Positions 61,201-64,000 of a DNA stretch of 64,000 bases are shown here, in pieces (position 1 is the first letter of the stretch; every line of letters starts with the position of its first letter). The stretch lies in contig CM120641.1 of assembly GCA_051362555.1 (NCBI GenBank), forward strand, positions 40,678,401-40,742,400. Direction: 5' to 3'. Below the pieces are notes generated by a model that saw only the letters and a program-made list of their open reading frames with translations, was not told the origin of the DNA and did no database searches. The DNA is from Lingula anatina (Eukaryota > Animalia > Brachiopoda). Both the position numbers and the translations under genes were made by a program.

Positions 61201-64000
61201 AATTTTTTTTTTCTTCATTATAGTGACCGGTAGGTGTGTTGGGTCATTTGTAGTCAGTATAAAGTACTGGAAGAGTGGTTGTGTCAATATTAAGGAAGAA
61301 AAAGAGCAAAAACTCTGGCCACCCCCCCTCTCTCCAGATCCTGTTTTCAGCTGTGTTTTTGGCTATCTTTAAAGCTGGAATTGGGGGCTTTAATGAAGTG
61401 ATCCGGGCGTGTTTCCACATTTTTTATGAATGACAGGTGTGGTAGATTAATTTTCGTCACATTTCGGAAAAATTGGTGACGGGTCGTTTTTGGGTGATTT
61501 TGAGTGATTTTCATCAGGTCCGCGTACAGCAGATTTCTTCAATTTTGGCCAAAAAGGGAAGAAATTTTTTTTCTTCATTATAGTGACCGGTAGGTGTGTT
61601 GGGTCATTTGTAGTCAGTATAAAGTACTGGAAGAGTGGTTGTGTCAATATTAAGGAAGAAAAAGAGCAAAAACTCTGGCCACCCCCCCTCTCTCCAGATC
61701 CTGTTTTCAGCTGTGTTTTTGGCTATCTTTAAAGCTGGAATTGGGGGCTTTAATGAAGTGATTCGGGCGTGTTTCCACATTTTTTATGAATGACAGGTGT
61801 GGTAGATTAATTTTCATCACATTTCGGAAAAATTGGTGACGGGTCGTTTTTGGGTGATTTTGAGTGATTTTCATCAGGTCCGCGTACAGCAGATTTCTTC
61901 AATTTTGGCCAAAAAGGGAAGAAATTTTTTTTTCTTCATTATAGTGACCGGTAGGTGTGTTGGGTCATTTGTAGTCAGTATAAAGTACTGGAAGAGTGGT
62001 TGTGTCAATATTAAGGAAGAAAAAGAGCAAAAACTCTGGCCACCCCCCCTCTCTCCAGATCCTGTTTTCAGCTGTGTTTTTGGCTATCTTTAAAGCTGGA
62101 ATTGGGGGCTTTAATGAAGTGATCCGGGCGTGTTTCCACATTTTTTATGAATGACAGGTGTGGTAGATTAATTTTCGTCACATTTCGGAAAAATTGGTGA
62201 CGGGTCGTTTTTGGGTGATTTTGAGTGATTTTCATCAGGTCCGCGTACAGCAGATTTCTTCAATTTTGGCCAAAAAGGGAAGAAATTTTTTTTTCTTCAT
62301 TATAGTGACCGGTAGGTGTGTTGGGTCATTTGTAGTCAGTATAAAGCACTGGAAGAGTGGTTGTGTCAATATTAAGGAAGAAAAAGAGCAAAAACTCTGG
62401 CCACCCCCCCTCTCTCCAGATCCTGTTTTCAGCTGTGTTTTTGGCTATCTTTAAAGCTGGAATTGGGGGCTTTAATGAAGTGATCCGGGCGTGTTTCCAC
62501 ATTTTTTATGAATGACAGGTGTGGTAGATTAATTTTCGTCACATTTCGGAAAAATTGGTGACCGGTCGTTTTTGGGTGATTTTGAGTGATTTTCATCAGG
62601 TCCGCGTACAGCAGATTTCTTCAATTTTGGCCAAAAAGGGAAGAAATTTTTTTTTCTTCATTATAGTGACCGGTAGGTGTGTTGGGTCATTTGTAGTCAG
62701 TATAAAGCACTGGAAGAGTGGTTGTGTCAATATTAAGGAAGAAAAAGAGCAAAAACTCTGGCCACCCCCCCTCTCTCCAGATCCTGTTTTCAGCTGTGTT
62801 TTTGGCTATCTTTAAAGCTGGAATTGGGGGCTTTAATGAAGTGATCCGGGCGTGTTTCCACATTTTTTATGAATGACAGGTGTGGTAGATTAATTTTCAT
62901 CACATTTTGGAAAAATTGGTGACGGGTCGTTTTTGGGTGATTTTGAGTGATTTTCATCAGGTCCGCGTACAGCAGATTTCTTCAATTTTGGCCAAAAAGG
63001 GAAGAATTTTTTTTTTCTTCATTATAGTGACCGGTAGGTGTGTTGGGTCATTTGTAGTCAGTATAAAGCACTGGAAGAGTGGTTGTGTCAATATTAAGGA
63101 AGAAAAAGAGCAAAAACTCTGGCCACCCCCCCTCTCTCCAGATTCTGTTTTCAGCTGTGTTTTTCGCTATCTTTAAAGCTGGAATTGGGGGCTTTAATGA
63201 AGTGATCCGGGCGTGTTTCCACATTTTTTATGAATGACAGGTGTGGTAGATTAATTTTCATCACATTTTGGAAAAATTGGTGACGGGTCGTTTTTGGGTG
63301 ATTTTGAGTGATTTTCATCAGGTCCGCGTACAGCAGATTTCTTCAATTTTGGTCAAAAAGGGAAGAATTTTTTTTTTCTTCATTATAGTGACCGGTAGGT
63401 GTGTTGGGTCATTTGTAGTCAGTATAAAGTACTGGAAGAGTGGTTGTGTCAATATTAAGGAAGAAAAAGAGCAAAAACTCTGGCCACCCCCCCTCTCTCC
63501 AGATCCTGTTTTCAGCTGTGTTTTTGGCTATCTTTAAAGCTGGAATTGGGGGCTTTAATGAAGTGATCCGGGTGTGTTTCCACATTTTTTATGAATGACA
63601 GGTGTGGTAGATTAATTTTCGTCACATTTCGGAAAAATTGGTGACGGGTCGTTTTTGGGTGATTTTGAGTGATTTTCATCAGGTCCGCGTACAGCAGATT
63701 TCTTCAATTTTGGCCAAAAAGGGAAGAAATTTTTTTTCTTCATTATAGTGACCGGTAGGTGTGTTGGGTCATTTGTAGTCAGTATAAAGTACTGGAAGAG
63801 TGGTTGTGTCAATATTAAGGAAGAAAAAGAGCAAAAACTCTGGCCACCCCCCCTCTCTCCAGATCCTGTTTTCAGCTGTGTTTTTGGCTATCTTTAAAGC
63901 TGGAATTGGGGGCTTTAATGAAGTGATTCGGGCGTGTTTCCACATTTTTTATGAATGACAGGTGTGGTAGATTAATTTTCATCACATTTCGGAAAAATTG

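Larger units (their letters stand above)
16178..64000. repeat. Tandem satellite array, 361-bp monomer (segment right of the insertion)
   Basis: The same monomer resumes in exact register after the insertion (AAGCTGGAATTGGGGG at 16178) and continues in the same orientation to the right edge. Most monomers differ from consensus by 0-3 changes. Confidence 0.99.

Noticed and set aside
119-63812. About 200 short ORFs (MVTGRFWV..., MIFIRSAR..., MTQPLFQY...) as a tandem gene family
   Set aside because: They are the same chance frames in each monomer. Most start at TTG/GTG, cross homopolymer tracts, are freely frameshifted by 1-4 bp indels, and resemble no protein I recognise.
1-64000. CRISPR array or repeat-spacer system
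   Set aside because: There are no unique spacers; the whole 361-bp unit is repeated, and no cas genes are present.

Overview
The window is almost entirely a very homogeneous, head-to-tail tandem satellite array of about 175 copies of a 361-bp AT-rich monomer (length variants about 360-366 bp), all in one orientation. It looks like eukaryotic centromeric or pericentromeric satellite DNA, but location and organism are not shown by the sequence. I find no credible protein-coding gene: the ORF track is the same chance ORFs repeated once per monomer. The only non-satellite sequence is one 831-bp insertion (15347-16177). It has 110-bp terminal inverted repeats (2 mismatches), hAT-like termini (CAGGCCTTCCCAAC...GTTGGGAAGGCCTG) and an unusually short 5-bp target-site duplication (AAGCT), so it is a non-autonomous DNA transposon (MITE-like). 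Inside it are a 93-bp gap-free hairpin capped by GCTTCGC/GCGAAGC and an adjacent 12-bp inverted-repeat pair, possibly a nested second element. Shared monomer variants show local block duplications with changing periods (8-, 9-, 10-, 5-, 2-, 12-, 9- and 6-mers), plus blocks copied 9-17 kb away. All alignments and counts were done by eye.
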